A stretch of 63,197 bases of DNA, filler included, from Octopus bimaculoides (GCF_001194135.2; 6 parts of 6 records of this genome joined end to end with filler, not necessarily neighbours in it); one strand, 5' to 3'; counted from the whole stretch's first letter, positions 39,407 through 51,042 are shown. Numbers and translations are program-made. Notes: a model not told the origin generated them from the sequence alone.

Positions 39407-40140
39407 TATTGTTATTATTATTTTTATTATTATGGAGTAGTCTTAATTTTGAACAAGTGCTTACACTGCACGAGCGAGCGCAGCTCTGTGTGCCTTGGGT
39501 ATGTGCTGTAACATGTTTTGGTGTTGTTATTTTCACTCTACTGAAAGTCTATTACGTAGGGTGTGCGCGGTGCCTAGTAGTTATATATATTCGTAAGTCT
39601 TGGTGCTTTGGTTATGTATTTCTTTGAATGTTATTTAATCATACATAATGCACCTATCATCATAGGGATTTCATCTGTTTATAGGATCCACATGCAGATT
39701 ATCTCTATTTCCAGATCTTTGTATTTTGAGAGTTTCTCCGTTTCCTTTAGAAATACATTGTCAACTGTTGGCATTGATACATCAATTAAAAGGCATTTTT
39801 TTCTTCTTGATGATCTCTGACCACTATATCCGCTCTGTTAACCTTGAATTCTCTATCTATGCGAGTTGGCACATCCCAGAGTATGGTTGCTTTGTAATTT
39901 TTCAGAGATCTTTTCCTGGATGTGCCTATACCATTTTTTTTTTCTGCTGTCATTCCATTTTCCTGGTCTAGCTTCCAGTGTATATAGGTCCTAACTGTCA
40001 TGTCAGTGGAAATATTTCTTCTTAGTCAGGACGGAGCAGCCAGAGACAATATGTTCTATCGCTTCTTCACCCAACACCGACATAATCTGCGGTTACTTCT
40101 ATTTTGCTTCATTATGCGTTTGTGGTAGTTGTTCTTGCTA
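39402..40140 (-). mobile_element. R4/Dong-like RLE LINE 3' fragment flanked by (TAA)n
   Basis: Frameshifted zinc-knuckle remnant (...EHIVSGCSVL) and YIHWKL...ATILWD...VNRADIVV...IDVSMP...KLSKYKDLEIEI. The 3' UTR ends in (AAT)n. Confidence 0.8.
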
Positions 40141-40413
40141 TTATTATTATTATTATTGAAAAATAGGGAGGATACTGAAATCATAACCATTGCCATGTTA
40201 ACCATCATCAGTAATAACGACTATTACTGTCATCAAAATAGCATTCACGATGATGGTTATCAACGTTATCAACGTTATCAACGTCGACATCATAATCATT
40301 GTTGTCACAATCATTACCCATCATTGTTACTGTTGTTGTTATTACTTCTTCGATCTACTTCCGATCTACATCTTTCGTTTCCGGCATTCCTGTCTTGGTT
40401 GACACTCCAACAG

Positions 40414-40483
40414 AATGGCTGATGTTTTCTTTCTGTTGCTTCATGCTGCTGGTGGCGGCGGAAGAAGTGGCATCGTTGGTTTG
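40414..40483 (+). CDS. Candidate exon in a GC/CpG-richer patch
   Basis: CCAACAG acceptor and TTG|GTAAGG donor. Two frames are open (MADVFFLLLHAAGGGGRSGIVGL, or a hydrophobic WLMFSFCCFMLLVAAEEVASLV). No homology was recognised. Confidence 0.2.
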
Positions 40484-40969
40484 GTAAGGGGATATCGCAT
40501 GGAGGCGAAGTTACCACTTCGTACTTTGTCCCTCAAGACATACTTCACTGTCAACTCTCTCTCTCTCCATCATAGCCCACATATCTTTCTACTTCCGGTA
40601 TGTTTTTTTTTTCATTGGACAATGAATATATTGAATCCATTTTCAATGCCTATTATATTTCTTCTTCTTCTTCCTTTTCCTTGTAATTGTTGCATTGCTT
40701 AATTGTTGCTCCACACAATAGTACTGGTAGTGGTAGCACTCCTCTTCCCCCTCCACCTATAACACCTGTACCATCTATACTACTACTGCTACTACTACTA
40801 CTACCACTACTACTGATTATTGCACACACGCACACACAGGTACAGACACAAACACACACAGACAGAGACACACTCATACACACAAGCGCACGCATACACA
40901 CACATACATACACACATACATACATATATATATACACACACATACATATATATATACATATATATACAC

Positions 40970-41120
40970 ACGACGATCCTCTTTCAGTTAGCGTCTATCA
41001 AATCCACTTACAAGGCTTTGGTCGAGGTTATAGTAGAAACACCTGCCCAAGGTGAGATGCAGTAGGACTGAAAGCAGTACCAAACGGTTGGGAAGCAGGA
41101 TTATTAACCACACGGCCACG
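40970..41120 (-). mobile_element. SINE family A, 5' part
   Basis: CTTTCAGTTAGCGTCTATCAAATCCACTTACAAGGCTTTGGTCG...CCACACGGCCAC. Confidence 0.75.
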
Positions 41121-41212
41121 GTTGGAAGGTCTCATCGATGCAACTCTTCACTGTCGTGCTTTAGCTTATCAAACACGATAATGTAAAACGCAGACAAGTA
41201 ACAGCTAATGAC

Positions 41213-41275
41213 ATGCAAATTCGTGGCAAATACATGATATGCAAATAAGTGACAAATCAAGAGCGATATGCAAAT
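41213..41275 (+). promoter_or_regulatory. Cluster of three POU/Oct octamers
   Basis: ATGCAAAT at 41213-41220, 41239-41246 and 41268-41275. Confidence 0.5.
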
Positions 41276-41711
41276 TAGCTAGGCTTGTTTAGATTAAGAC
41301 AACATTGCCGTATGGTTAAAATATATCTTTTTTTGGTGAAACGTCGATAGCTGTGATCGTGGTGAGCGCTAAAAGAAATTTAACGCTGACTTTAAAAGTG
41401 TTGGCGAATAGCGATTTGCTAATGTCAACCCAGGGGGTACATTCTCTGAATATCATGAAACGGCAAAACAGCATATGCATCTGTGAAAAATATAAATATA
41501 CATCTGTACAGGAAATATTCATTGCATGTAAAGCAATAATGATTTATACACACAAGAACACACACACACACACACACAGACGCACACATATAAAGTCGAT
41601 AAAGTACCAATCGAACATGATGTGAATTAAAATATTTTCCAAAAACTTTACTTAGAGTAAAGGGACTATTATTATTACTATTACTACTACTATTATTACT
41701 ATTATTATTAC

Positions 41712-41742
<31 letters not shown>

Positions 41743-41749
41743 TTTACAA

Positions 41750-41910
41750 GGCGGCAAGTTGGCAGAACCGTTAGCTCGCCGGGCGAAATTCTTCGCGGTA
41801 TTTCGTCTGCCGCAAAGTTCTGAATTCAAATTCCGCCGAGATCAACTTTGCATGTCATCCTTTCGGGATCGATAAATTAAGTACCCGTTGAATGCTGGGA
41901 TCGATGTAAT
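41750..41910 (+). mobile_element. SINE family B with CpGs intact
   Basis: GGCGGCAAGTTGGCAGAACCGTTAGCTCGCCGGGCG...TTCAAATTCCGCCGAG...TCATCCTTTCGGGATCGATAAATTAAGTACC. Confidence 0.85.
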
Positions 41911-41939
41911 CCATCCATCCATCTATCCATCCATCTCTT

Positions 41940-41981
41940 TCTCCCTCCTCTCGCTCTATATACATATAGACATACACAGAA

Positions 41982-42030
<49 letters not shown>

Positions 42031-42105
42031 AATATATATTTATGTACACATATATATATATATATGACGATATGTATACATATACGTATGCATATATATG
42101 TGCGC

Positions 42106-42136
<31 letters not shown>

Positions 42137-42148
42137 AAAATTGTGCAT

Positions 42149-42184
<36 letters not shown>

Positions 42185-42466
42185 TTGATACAAATATATA
42201 TTCACATGTAATAACAATATACAAAGCAGTCATACCGGTGCAGTGATAGGTTTGTTAGCTAACAAGAAGGCAATCCAATATTTCTATATACGACATATTG
42301 CTCTTCAAAAGTATTGTTATTCGTACGATTTGCTACATATAATGAGTGTAATTGAACAGCGTATCAACAAAACAGCTGCCACTTTGATATATAAACACAC
42401 ACACACATACACACATACACAGAAAGACACACACCACGCATATATGCATGTATATATATACATTCT

Positions 42467-42518
<52 letters not shown>

Positions 42519-42675
42519 CATATATATATATACATACATATATACACACGTATATACATATATTCTTACATATATATATATATATATATATACATACATA
42601 TATACACACGTATATACATACAAATATGTATATATATGTATATATATTTGTATGTATTTGTATATCTGTATATAA

Positions 42676-42711
<36 letters not shown>

Positions 42712-42718
42712 TACGTAC

Positions 42719-42756
<38 letters not shown>

Positions 42757-43200
42757 ATGTATGAGTATGTATACTTATATATGCATATGTATGATTATGT
42801 ATGTGTATTTGTATATATATATATATGTATGTATAATTGCATGTATATATGTGTGTGTACATGTATGTATATGTAAATAAATGCGTGTGTATGTATGTAT
42901 GTATATATATATAGAGAGAGAGAGAGAGGGAGAGAGTAAGAGAGCGAGAGAGAGGGGGAGAGCGAGACAAAGACGGAGAGATGTATATATTTGCTGGTAT
43001 ATGCAACTATGAAAAGCTCATGTACCGACTGACAAATCGAGTTAAACACATTGCATTATTTTCTCCCTTTCTCTTTCTTTCTTTCTCCCCCTCCATCTGC
43101 CTGCATGTCTCTTGTTTGCATATCACTCTCTTTCATTTCTCTTCCCCCTCTCTCTCTCTCTCTATTTTAGTCTCTCTCTCTCTCTCTCGCACTTTCTCCT
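41940..43200. repeat. Compound TA/TG/CA/GA/CT microsatellite field
   Basis: Direct inspection. It includes duplicated units such as CATATATACACACGTATATACATA. Confidence 0.9.
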
Positions 43201-43337
43201 TTATTTGCATATAGAAATATATGTGTACAGCATTATTTAAAACGGAGTGTGCGCTAGAACGCTTGTACGTTTTTCTCCGTGTGCGTAAGTACGTTTCGTC
43301 TCATTATTTTCGAAGGCTCGCGTACTTACGTACTTAC

Positions 43338-43449
43338 CAATTCATACATAAGCTGATTGAATGGTAGAGTCTCTGACAAACATCTGCCACAGTGAACGCT
43401 TGTTGCAGATGGAATTAACAGACATTGAAAGATGCCGTATTGCCGGAAA
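43338..43449 (-). CDS. Candidate exon of unknown protein
   Basis: Acceptor TATTTGTTTCTCTTGCAAAAACAG and donor TTG|GTAAGT. One frame is open across the exon: FRQYGIFQCLLIPSATSVHCGRCLSETLPFNQLMYEL. Confidence 0.3.
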
Positions 43450-43795
43450 CTGTTTTTGCAAGAGAAACAAATATACAACAGCTATAATAAACGATATCTG
43501 CACGAAATACGTATACATGTACACTGACGAACGCGTTGCCATTTACAGACCACACACAGCTATTGACACACATATATGTACGCACTCGTACTCACAACGA
43601 ATCACTTATACATTTATATACACGTTCACAGGAACATATATACATCTGTGTTAACTTATTGTATATACGTTTATGCACAGTTATCAAAATGCATATACAT
43701 ATGTACTCTGATGTAAACATGCTCACATCCACACAGAGTTCCACCCACATATGTATGAAGATAGATACAAGCGTATGTACATGTGTGTGTGTGTG

Positions 43796-43895
43796 NNNNN
43801 NNNNNNNNNNNNNNNNNNNNNNNNNNNNNNNNNNNNNNNTTAATTAATTAANNNNNNNNNNNNNNNNNNNNNNNNNNNNNNNNNNNNNNNNNNNN
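43796..43895. other. Artificial scaffold linker
   Basis: N44-TTAATTAATTAA-N44. Confidence 0.95.
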
Positions 43896-43984
43896 ATATA
43901 TATATATATATACAATTATATATATATATGTGTGTATATACACACACATACATATGTGTGTGTTTATTTAAATATGAGTGAAGT

Positions 43985-44360
43985 TGCATGGCTCAGTAGA
44001 GAGCTTCAAGCTTACGATCATAAGGTTGTGAGTTCGATTCCTGGACTGGGCTACGTGTTGTGTTCTTGAGCAAGACACTTTATTTCACACTGCTCCAGTT
44101 ACTCACTTGTAGAAATGAGTTGCAATGTCACTGGTACCAAGTTGTATTGGCCTTTTCCTTTCTCTAGGATAACATTGGTGGCATGGAGTGGGGAGGCTGG
44201 TATGCATGGGTGACTGCTGGTCTTCCATAAAAACAACCCTAGGTCGACTTTGACTTTCATCCTTTTGGGGTTGATAAATTTTGTACCAGTGAAACTCTGG
44301 GGTCGATGTAATCGACGAGTCCCCCACCCCAAATTTGAGATCTTGTGCCTCCAGTAGGAA
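43985..44360 (+). mobile_element. SINE family D joined to a family B core
   Basis: Head GGCTCAGT...GAGTTCGATTCC and TTGAGCAAGACACTTT...CTCCAGTT as at 56620. It switches near 44235 to GGTCGACTTTGACTTTCATCCTTTTGGGG. Confidence 0.75.
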
Positions 44361-44574
44361 GGATGTATTTATATATATATATGCGTGTGCATGTGTATAT
44401 GTGTGAATCTATATATGTATGTGCTTTTTATGTAGTTTTTTGAGGGGTAAGTGTAGGCTTTATGTACAACTGTGTATGTATGTCTAGGCATATCTGTATA
44501 TACATGTATGTGTAAATATATATATATACATATAAACACACACANNNNNNNNNNATATATATATATATATACAT

Positions 44575-44623
<49 letters not shown>

Positions 44624-44993
44624 CATACACGCATATATAACATATATGTGTGTGTGTGTGTTTGAATATATCCATATTGTCTGTCTGAACCAATAACCTC
44701 CATGCATTTTATTGCAGTTTTTTTTTTTATGCCCATACTTGTGGCTACATGTGTGTGTATATATGTGGTTTTATGTGTGACTAAAAACATGTCAAATTCT
44801 AAATGTGTCTATGCATGTATATGTTGTGAGTGTGTTTCTATGTTTGAAGTATGCATCTTTGTATATGTATGTGTATGTGTCTCCTTTTGCTTAAACGCAA
44901 CTATAAATATGTTATTTTGTGTGTCTGTCTGTATGTCACTATCTATCTGTGTGTGTACATATGTTTGTGTTTGTGTCTATGTATATATATATG

Positions 44994-45028
<35 letters not shown>

Positions 45029-45113
45029 GTGTGTGTGTGTGTGTGCCAGCCAATAATATCAGTTTTCTAAAGCAATCTTGTTAGTTTATGGAAATAACCA
45101 ACAGCTGGTCAGT

Positions 45114-45315
45114 CTGCAAAGACTAAAAACAATTAAATTATGCATTATTTGGTACATTCGCTTTGGAATCTTAATCACTTTGATGTGTAATGTGTTGTGA
45201 TGACTACAAAACATTTTCTAAAATATTATGCAAAAATATTATATTATGTGAGGTATAGGATGCCATGCAGTAGAATTGAACCTGGGACTCTCACGTAGGA
45301 AAGCAAATATCTTAC
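45114..45315 (-). other. Candidate short intron abutting a 150-N gap
   Basis: The minus strand starts GTAAGA exactly at the gap edge and ends TTGTTTTTAGTCTTTGCAG. Downstream sequence hits a stop within 11 codons in all frames. Confidence 0.35.
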
Positions 45316-45659
45316 NNNNNNNNNNNNNNNNNNNNNNNNNNNNNNNNNNNNNNNNNNNNNNNNNNNNNNNNNNNNNNNNNNNNNNNNNNNNNNNNNNNNN
45401 NNNNNNNNNNNNNNNNNNNNNNNNNNNNNNNNNNNNNNNNNNNNNNNNNNNNNNNNNNNNNNNNNCTTTCCATCATGTGTTTGTATGTGTGTATGTGGTG
45501 TGTGTGCGTGCATGTGTTTCTGTATATATGTGTGTGTATTTATGTATATGTGTGTGCGTCTATGTATATATGTATCTCCGTTTATGTATATATGTGTATA
45601 TATGTGTGTGCGTGTGTGTGTGTCTATATGTATGTATGTTTATATGTATGTGTGTGTGT

Positions 45660-45900
45660 CTCCTTGTCTTGATGTCACATGATAGTTGTAAATGAGTGTC
45701 ACTGTCATACACGTGGTGTCATTCATTTCCAATCTTCTACAAAAACATGTCTGGCCTTGAAGAAATATTCCCTTGGCTGGAAACAGCTTCTTCAAACCAG
45801 AAACATAATGTGAATGCTTGCAACAGAATGGACACTTCCAGAAAGGGTGCTAAAAGTGTCAAGTGGATATGTTTGGGTGGATGATGGGTAAAAATCTATC
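45660..45900 (+). mobile_element. Decayed SINE body or tail (family C), strongly CpG-depleted
   Basis: CTCCTTGTCTTGATGTCACATGATAGTTGTAAATGAGTGTCACTGTCATAC...AAAACATGTCTGGCC. The family was recognised from memory only. Confidence 0.5.
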
Positions 45901-46870
45901 AGCCAAGTAATCCCTGATGGGATTTGAACTCAAAACGTAGTGAGATGGAACAAATACTGGAAGATATCTGGTTTGTTGTCTTTACACTTCCATCTGTTTA
46001 CTGCCTTGAATTGGTAGATTTTTTTCTTTTTCATATTGGCCCTAAAATGCAAAGATGACCTTGGCAGGATTTGAACTCAGAGAGTCAAGTGTCAGAAGAA
46101 ATACCATGAGGCATTCTATAGATCACTATTTCACACTCGTAGTTTATTTATCGACCTACAGAAGGATGAAAGGCAATATTTGACTTGGCAGGATTTGAAC
46201 TCCAGACACAGAAATACGACTCAACACTCAAACATTCCAACAGTTCAGTGAATCAATAAGCATCACATTTGGAAGAATAGTATTAAAGGATGAGTGGACC
46301 TCAGCAGGGTTTGAACCCTGAATGAAGAGAGCCAAAACAAATAATTTAATGTATTCTTTTCTACTCTAGGCACAATACTTGAAATTTTGTGGGAGTGGGA
46401 GGTCAGTCAATTACATCGATCCTATTACGCAACTGGTACTTAATTTATCGGCCCCGAAAGGATGAAAAGCAAAGTTGACCTCAGCAGAATTTGAACTCAG
46501 AACGTAAAGACAGATAAAATACTACTAAGCATTTCACCCGGTGTGCTAACGTTTCTGCCAGCTCACAGCCTTATATAATTTAATATATTCTATTTCAGCC
46601 CTTTTCTTCCCACAACACTGTTTGTGTGTTACCTTCTTAATCATAAGTAATCATTAAAATCTTATGAAAGTTGGTGAACTGGCAGAATCATTAGCATCCT
46701 GAGCATAGCATGTCTTCATGTTCTGGGTTCAAATTCCACTGAGGTTGACTTTGCTTTTCATTCTTTCAGGGTTGATAAAATAAGTACCAGTTGAACCTTG
46801 GATGGGGTGGGTGAGGTCAATGTAATCCACTTAGCCCTCTCCTGAAATCGCTGGCCTTATGCCAAAATGT
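45900..46870. mobile_element. Pile-up of SINE family B copies (five minus, one plus)
   Basis: B-box cores at 45920, 46067, 46191, 46307 and 46487 (minus) and 46726 (plus). Confidence 0.75.
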
Positions 46871-46984
46871 GACCTTATTACCAAAATCTAATGAGTTTTA
46901 TGTTTTAATTCTTTGTTGTTGATTTTGTTCTTGTTTATATTTCATTTCAAATAATGTTTTTTTTTCTTTTGTTTCTTCTTCCAG

Positions 46985-47026
46985 GTAAGTGACTTTTACA
47001 AAGAATTGTTGTCGTTCAAACACACG
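46985..47026 (+). CDS. Candidate 42-nt microexon beginning with GTAAGT
   Basis: A 26-nt pyrimidine tract plus CAG at 46957-46984 and an ACG|GTAAGG donor. Only phase 0 is open: VSDFYKELLSFKHT. Confidence 0.35.
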
Positions 47027-47854
47027 GTAAGGAAACCTCTTACCCAGTCGTTGTTTAGGCTATCAGGCCATTCTTGATTGCAGCAGCAGACATTTTGATA
47101 ACAGCCATTCCAGCCATGACCATCCTGTCATTGTTTAAGGTATGATGTATCTAAGACTACAGTCTCCTAGAATCATATTTCTCTCCATATTTAAGGTGGG
47201 GCAGTGGTGCAGAGGATGAGTTACTTTCAGGTCATAGATAGATTTGACCCAAATGTTTGCAACAGAATGCGCTCTGCAAATGTTACCTAAGGAGGGTCAG
47301 TTTTGGAGGGCTTCAGGTAAGTGATGGCTTTAGTACACCACCCAAGAACATTTGAGGATGGTACCCACCAACAGTCTTCCACACTATTTCTGTCTATAAA
47401 ATTCCACTCATAAAGTTTAGCTTTACCCAAAGCTATGGCAGAAAGCATTTTCCCAAAGTGACATGCAATGAGACTGAACCTGGTCCACATGGGAGTAACA
47501 CAAACTCCTTAACTGCACAGCTTTACCTGTCGCTCTGTCTACTGTCTTTACTCATGTATCATCCATCCATCCATCCATCCAGATCAGGTGATTTTCCCCG
47601 GCCAATGTAAATCTTCCATGCCATATGTCTGGTCTGGTCTGGATTTTAGTCACGTTGGTCTTTCATTCACTGAAATATCTCATCTGCAGATGCTATGGAT
47701 ACAGATGAGGACAACAGTTCACTAGGTGAACTGGTTGATCTTCACTGTTGACAGTTTGTTATCTTGCTCATCTGCTCAGCATCTTGTGATATTTGTTATT
47801 GGTCTCAACAAATTCATCTGCTGAAATAGTTTATGCTTCACAACCAGTAATTGT

Positions 47855-48395
47855 GTTCTTTTATTCTTTTACTTGTTTCAGTCATTTGACTGCGGCCATG
47901 CTAGAGCACCGCCTTTAGTCAAACAAATCGACTCCCAGACTTATTCTGTGTAAGCCTAGTACTTATTCTGTCTTTTTTGCCAAACTGCTAAGTTAATGGG
48001 ATGTAAACTCGCTAACATCAGTTGTCAAGCAACAGACTCGCCAACATATACATGCATACATATATATATATATATACGATGGGCTTCTTTCAGTTTCCAT
48101 CTCTCAAATCCACTCACAAGGCTTTGGTCTGCCGAAGGCTATAGTAGAAGGCACTTGCCCAAGGTGCCACACAGTGGAACTGAACCTGGATCAATGTGGT
48201 TGAGAAGTAAGCTTCTTACCCCACTGCCATACCTGTGCCTATGTCCCTGTAACTCAGTGGCTCAGTGAAAGAGACCAATAGAATAAGTACCGGACTTTAA
48301 AAAAAAAAGTACTGGAGTTGATTCATTCGACTAAGACTCCTTTCAGGTGGTGCCCAAGCATGACCGCAGTCTAATGACTGAAACAAGTAAAAGAT
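47855..48395. mobile_element. SINE family A minus copy (47855-48243) followed by a plus-strand tail fragment
   Basis: TTTCAGTCATTTGACTGCGGCCATGCTAGAGCACC... and ...GAATAAGTACC...GCATGACCGCAGTCTAATGACTGAAACAAGTAAAAGA. Confidence 0.8.
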
Positions 48396-48589
48396 CCTCC
48401 AGGCTGCATCTCATGATTTCAATGTCCCCATGGCTTAAATGCAAATAGTGTGAAAACTATTATGTGTTGGTAATCTGGAACGATGCATACTTAAGAGTAA
48501 ATTCAAATACTAAGAAGAAGCAGCACTCGTGTAATAAACATTACCGACCACGTATACTTAACGTGTATGGTATTTAACCCATAATTGCA

Positions 48590-48893
48590 CTATTATTATT
48601 ATTATTATTATTATTAGGTCTGACTTTTTCTTTGTATTTATGCAAGTTGACTCCAAGTCTCACCGAGAGACCTCAAGCGATGACAAGTTCATGTTTGGTA
48701 TTATGCCTAGGGTGTCATATATTTGGTTTTCTACATAGTGTTGTTCTAGAGAATGTTTAAGAAAACATGAGAAAATTATGAGTTTGCTTTAAAATTTGAG
48801 ATTAAATGGACAGTATTTTACGTAGGATATGGGCAGTTCCCATGAGCACTATCTTTTGAATTTCTGCCATTTTGGGGTTTCCTGGTGTCTGAG
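48590..48893 (-). mobile_element. R4/Dong-like LINE extreme 3' end with (AAT)n tail
   Basis: GADSYLAQTPGNPKMAEIQKIVLMGTAHILRKILSI* followed by a UTR containing TTGAGGTCTCTCGGTGAGACTTGGA. Confidence 0.8.
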
Positions 48894-49051
48894 CTAGATA
48901 GGAATCAGCCCCTAAGTGTTTCACTGGTACTTAATTTATTGACCCTTGATAGGATGAAAGGCAAAACCAACCTCAGCAGAATTTGAACTCAGAATGTAGC
49001 GATGAGTGAAATACCATTAAGCATTTCATTCAGCACATGCACAATAATATA

Positions 49052-49430
49052 GGTGCAGGAGTGGCTGTGTGGTAAGTAGCTTGCTTACCAACCACATGGT
49101 TCCAGATTCAGTCCTACTGCGTGGCACTTTGGGCAAGTGTCTTCCACTATGGCCTCGAGCCGACCAAAACCTTGTGAGTGGATTTGGTAGATGGAAACTG
49201 AAAGAAGCCCACCGTATATATGTATATATATATATATATGTGTGTGCGTGTCTGTGTTTGTCCCCCCCCCAACATCACTTGACAACCGATGCTGGTGTGT
49301 TTACATCCCCGTAACTTAGCGGTTCGGCAAAAGAGACTGATAGAATAAGTCCTGGGGTCGATTTGCTCGACTAAAGGCGGTATTCCAGCATAGCCGCAGT
49401 CAAATGACAGAAACAAGTAAAAGAGTAAAA
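49052..49430 (+). mobile_element. SINE family A, full length
   Basis: AGGTGCAGGAGTGGCTGTGTGGTAAG head through to ...GACAGAAACAAGTAAAAGAGTAAAAA tail. Confidence 0.9.
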
Positions 49431-50303
49431 ATGATAATGATAATAATAATTCTTTGTAATATAGGAACAAGGTCACATAGTTCATAAGAGAAGTACAATC
49501 AATTATATTGACTCTAGATTTTCAGTAGTACTGCATTTTGTCAACCCTGAAAGGATGATAGATAAAGATGACCTTGGTTGATTTTGAACTCAGGATGTAA
49601 AAAGCCAAATCCAATAATGCCTAACATTTCCCCCAATAATAAGAAAATATATATATAAAAAGGTAAATAGATATATTTCTTTTAAAGTTTATTGCTGTCA
49701 GCTGTTTTCTTCTATCTCCGATTGCTTCCGTTATACATATGTAAACGTGTGTGTGTACATGTGTCTGCTTATGTAAGTATATGTATGTATACAGATATCT
49801 GTGTGAGTGTATTTGTACATGACCAAAAACAGATATCTATTCTGATATTCATCTGGAAATATATATGTATAATAAACTTAGATAAACTCACACACACAAA
49901 TATATAGGCAAAAAAGAAAAAAAAATTACCATCTCGAAATACAACAATATATATATATAATATATAAATATATATACACGTATGTAAACACATATATATA
50001 CACACCCACACACACACACATATATATCAGTTTTTACTTCCTTTACAAATCAGCGTACACTAATGTCATCTACATCTGGTCTTTATATATTGTGAGAATC
50101 TAGAGTGAATCATTATCCTTTACTGTCCATTTCCCATAATGGTATGGGTTGGTCTCTCTCCCTCTCCCCCCCTCTCTCTCCTTATAAGCAAATTTGTTGT
50201 TGAAAATGCACCTAAATTTGAAAAACTTGTAATTGTTTAAAATAAATTTATTTACTTATTTACCTAACTAGTTTCAACATTATTTTTTGCTTATCACTGG
50301 TAA

Positions 50304-50500
50304 AAATTTAGAATTATGAATTAGAAAAACATCTTTAAATGTTGACAAATTTAAATGTTCATAAAAAGACAAATTTAGAATTATGATTTAGAAAAACATC
50401 TTTAAACGTTGACAAATTTAAATGTTCATAAAAAGACAAATTTAGAATTATGATTTAGAAAAACATGTTCAAAAATTTCAGTGTTGACAAGTTTAAATGT
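50304..50500. repeat. 67-bp tandem repeat, about 2.7 copies
   Basis: AAATTTAGAATTATG recurs at 50304, 50371 and 50438. Confidence 0.9.
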
Positions 50501-51042
50501 TAATAACAGTCAATAATATTAAAACTGTGCATCAGTTTGTTTGAATGTACAAACATTAGTGTTAATAGTGATTGACAAGAAATGAATATCCTCAAAGTTT
50601 CAGTCATGATGAGTTAAGAGGGAAAAAACAAGGGAAAAAGGAAAATAGTAAAAAAAAGGGATTTGGGTTACAATTTCTCTGATCCTCATTCCATCGTGTG
50701 TAGGAACTTTCGCTTGTAACTGTGTGTTTTGGAATTCGGTCTATTCATAATTTTTTCCACGAATGGATCTGATTTTTGATTTGTTAAAGTACTGGTGATG
50801 TCCTTTTTCTCCAATGGTCAAGTTCATCGTTCTGTCAGGTTGGTTTCCCTATGGAGAATGGTCATCTGTCATTCCAGTTGGTTGATTTTCTCAAAGGGTC
50901 ATTTTGTTGTATTTGCTGAAGTTCAGTTTTGATTAGTCTAGAGTTAGGTGACGTCAGTAACTCGTGTTTGTAAAATTTCATTGGGCTAGAAATCGGTGAC
51001 ATCGGCAACTGATGTTTGTATGGTGTTACTGTATGGTGTTGT

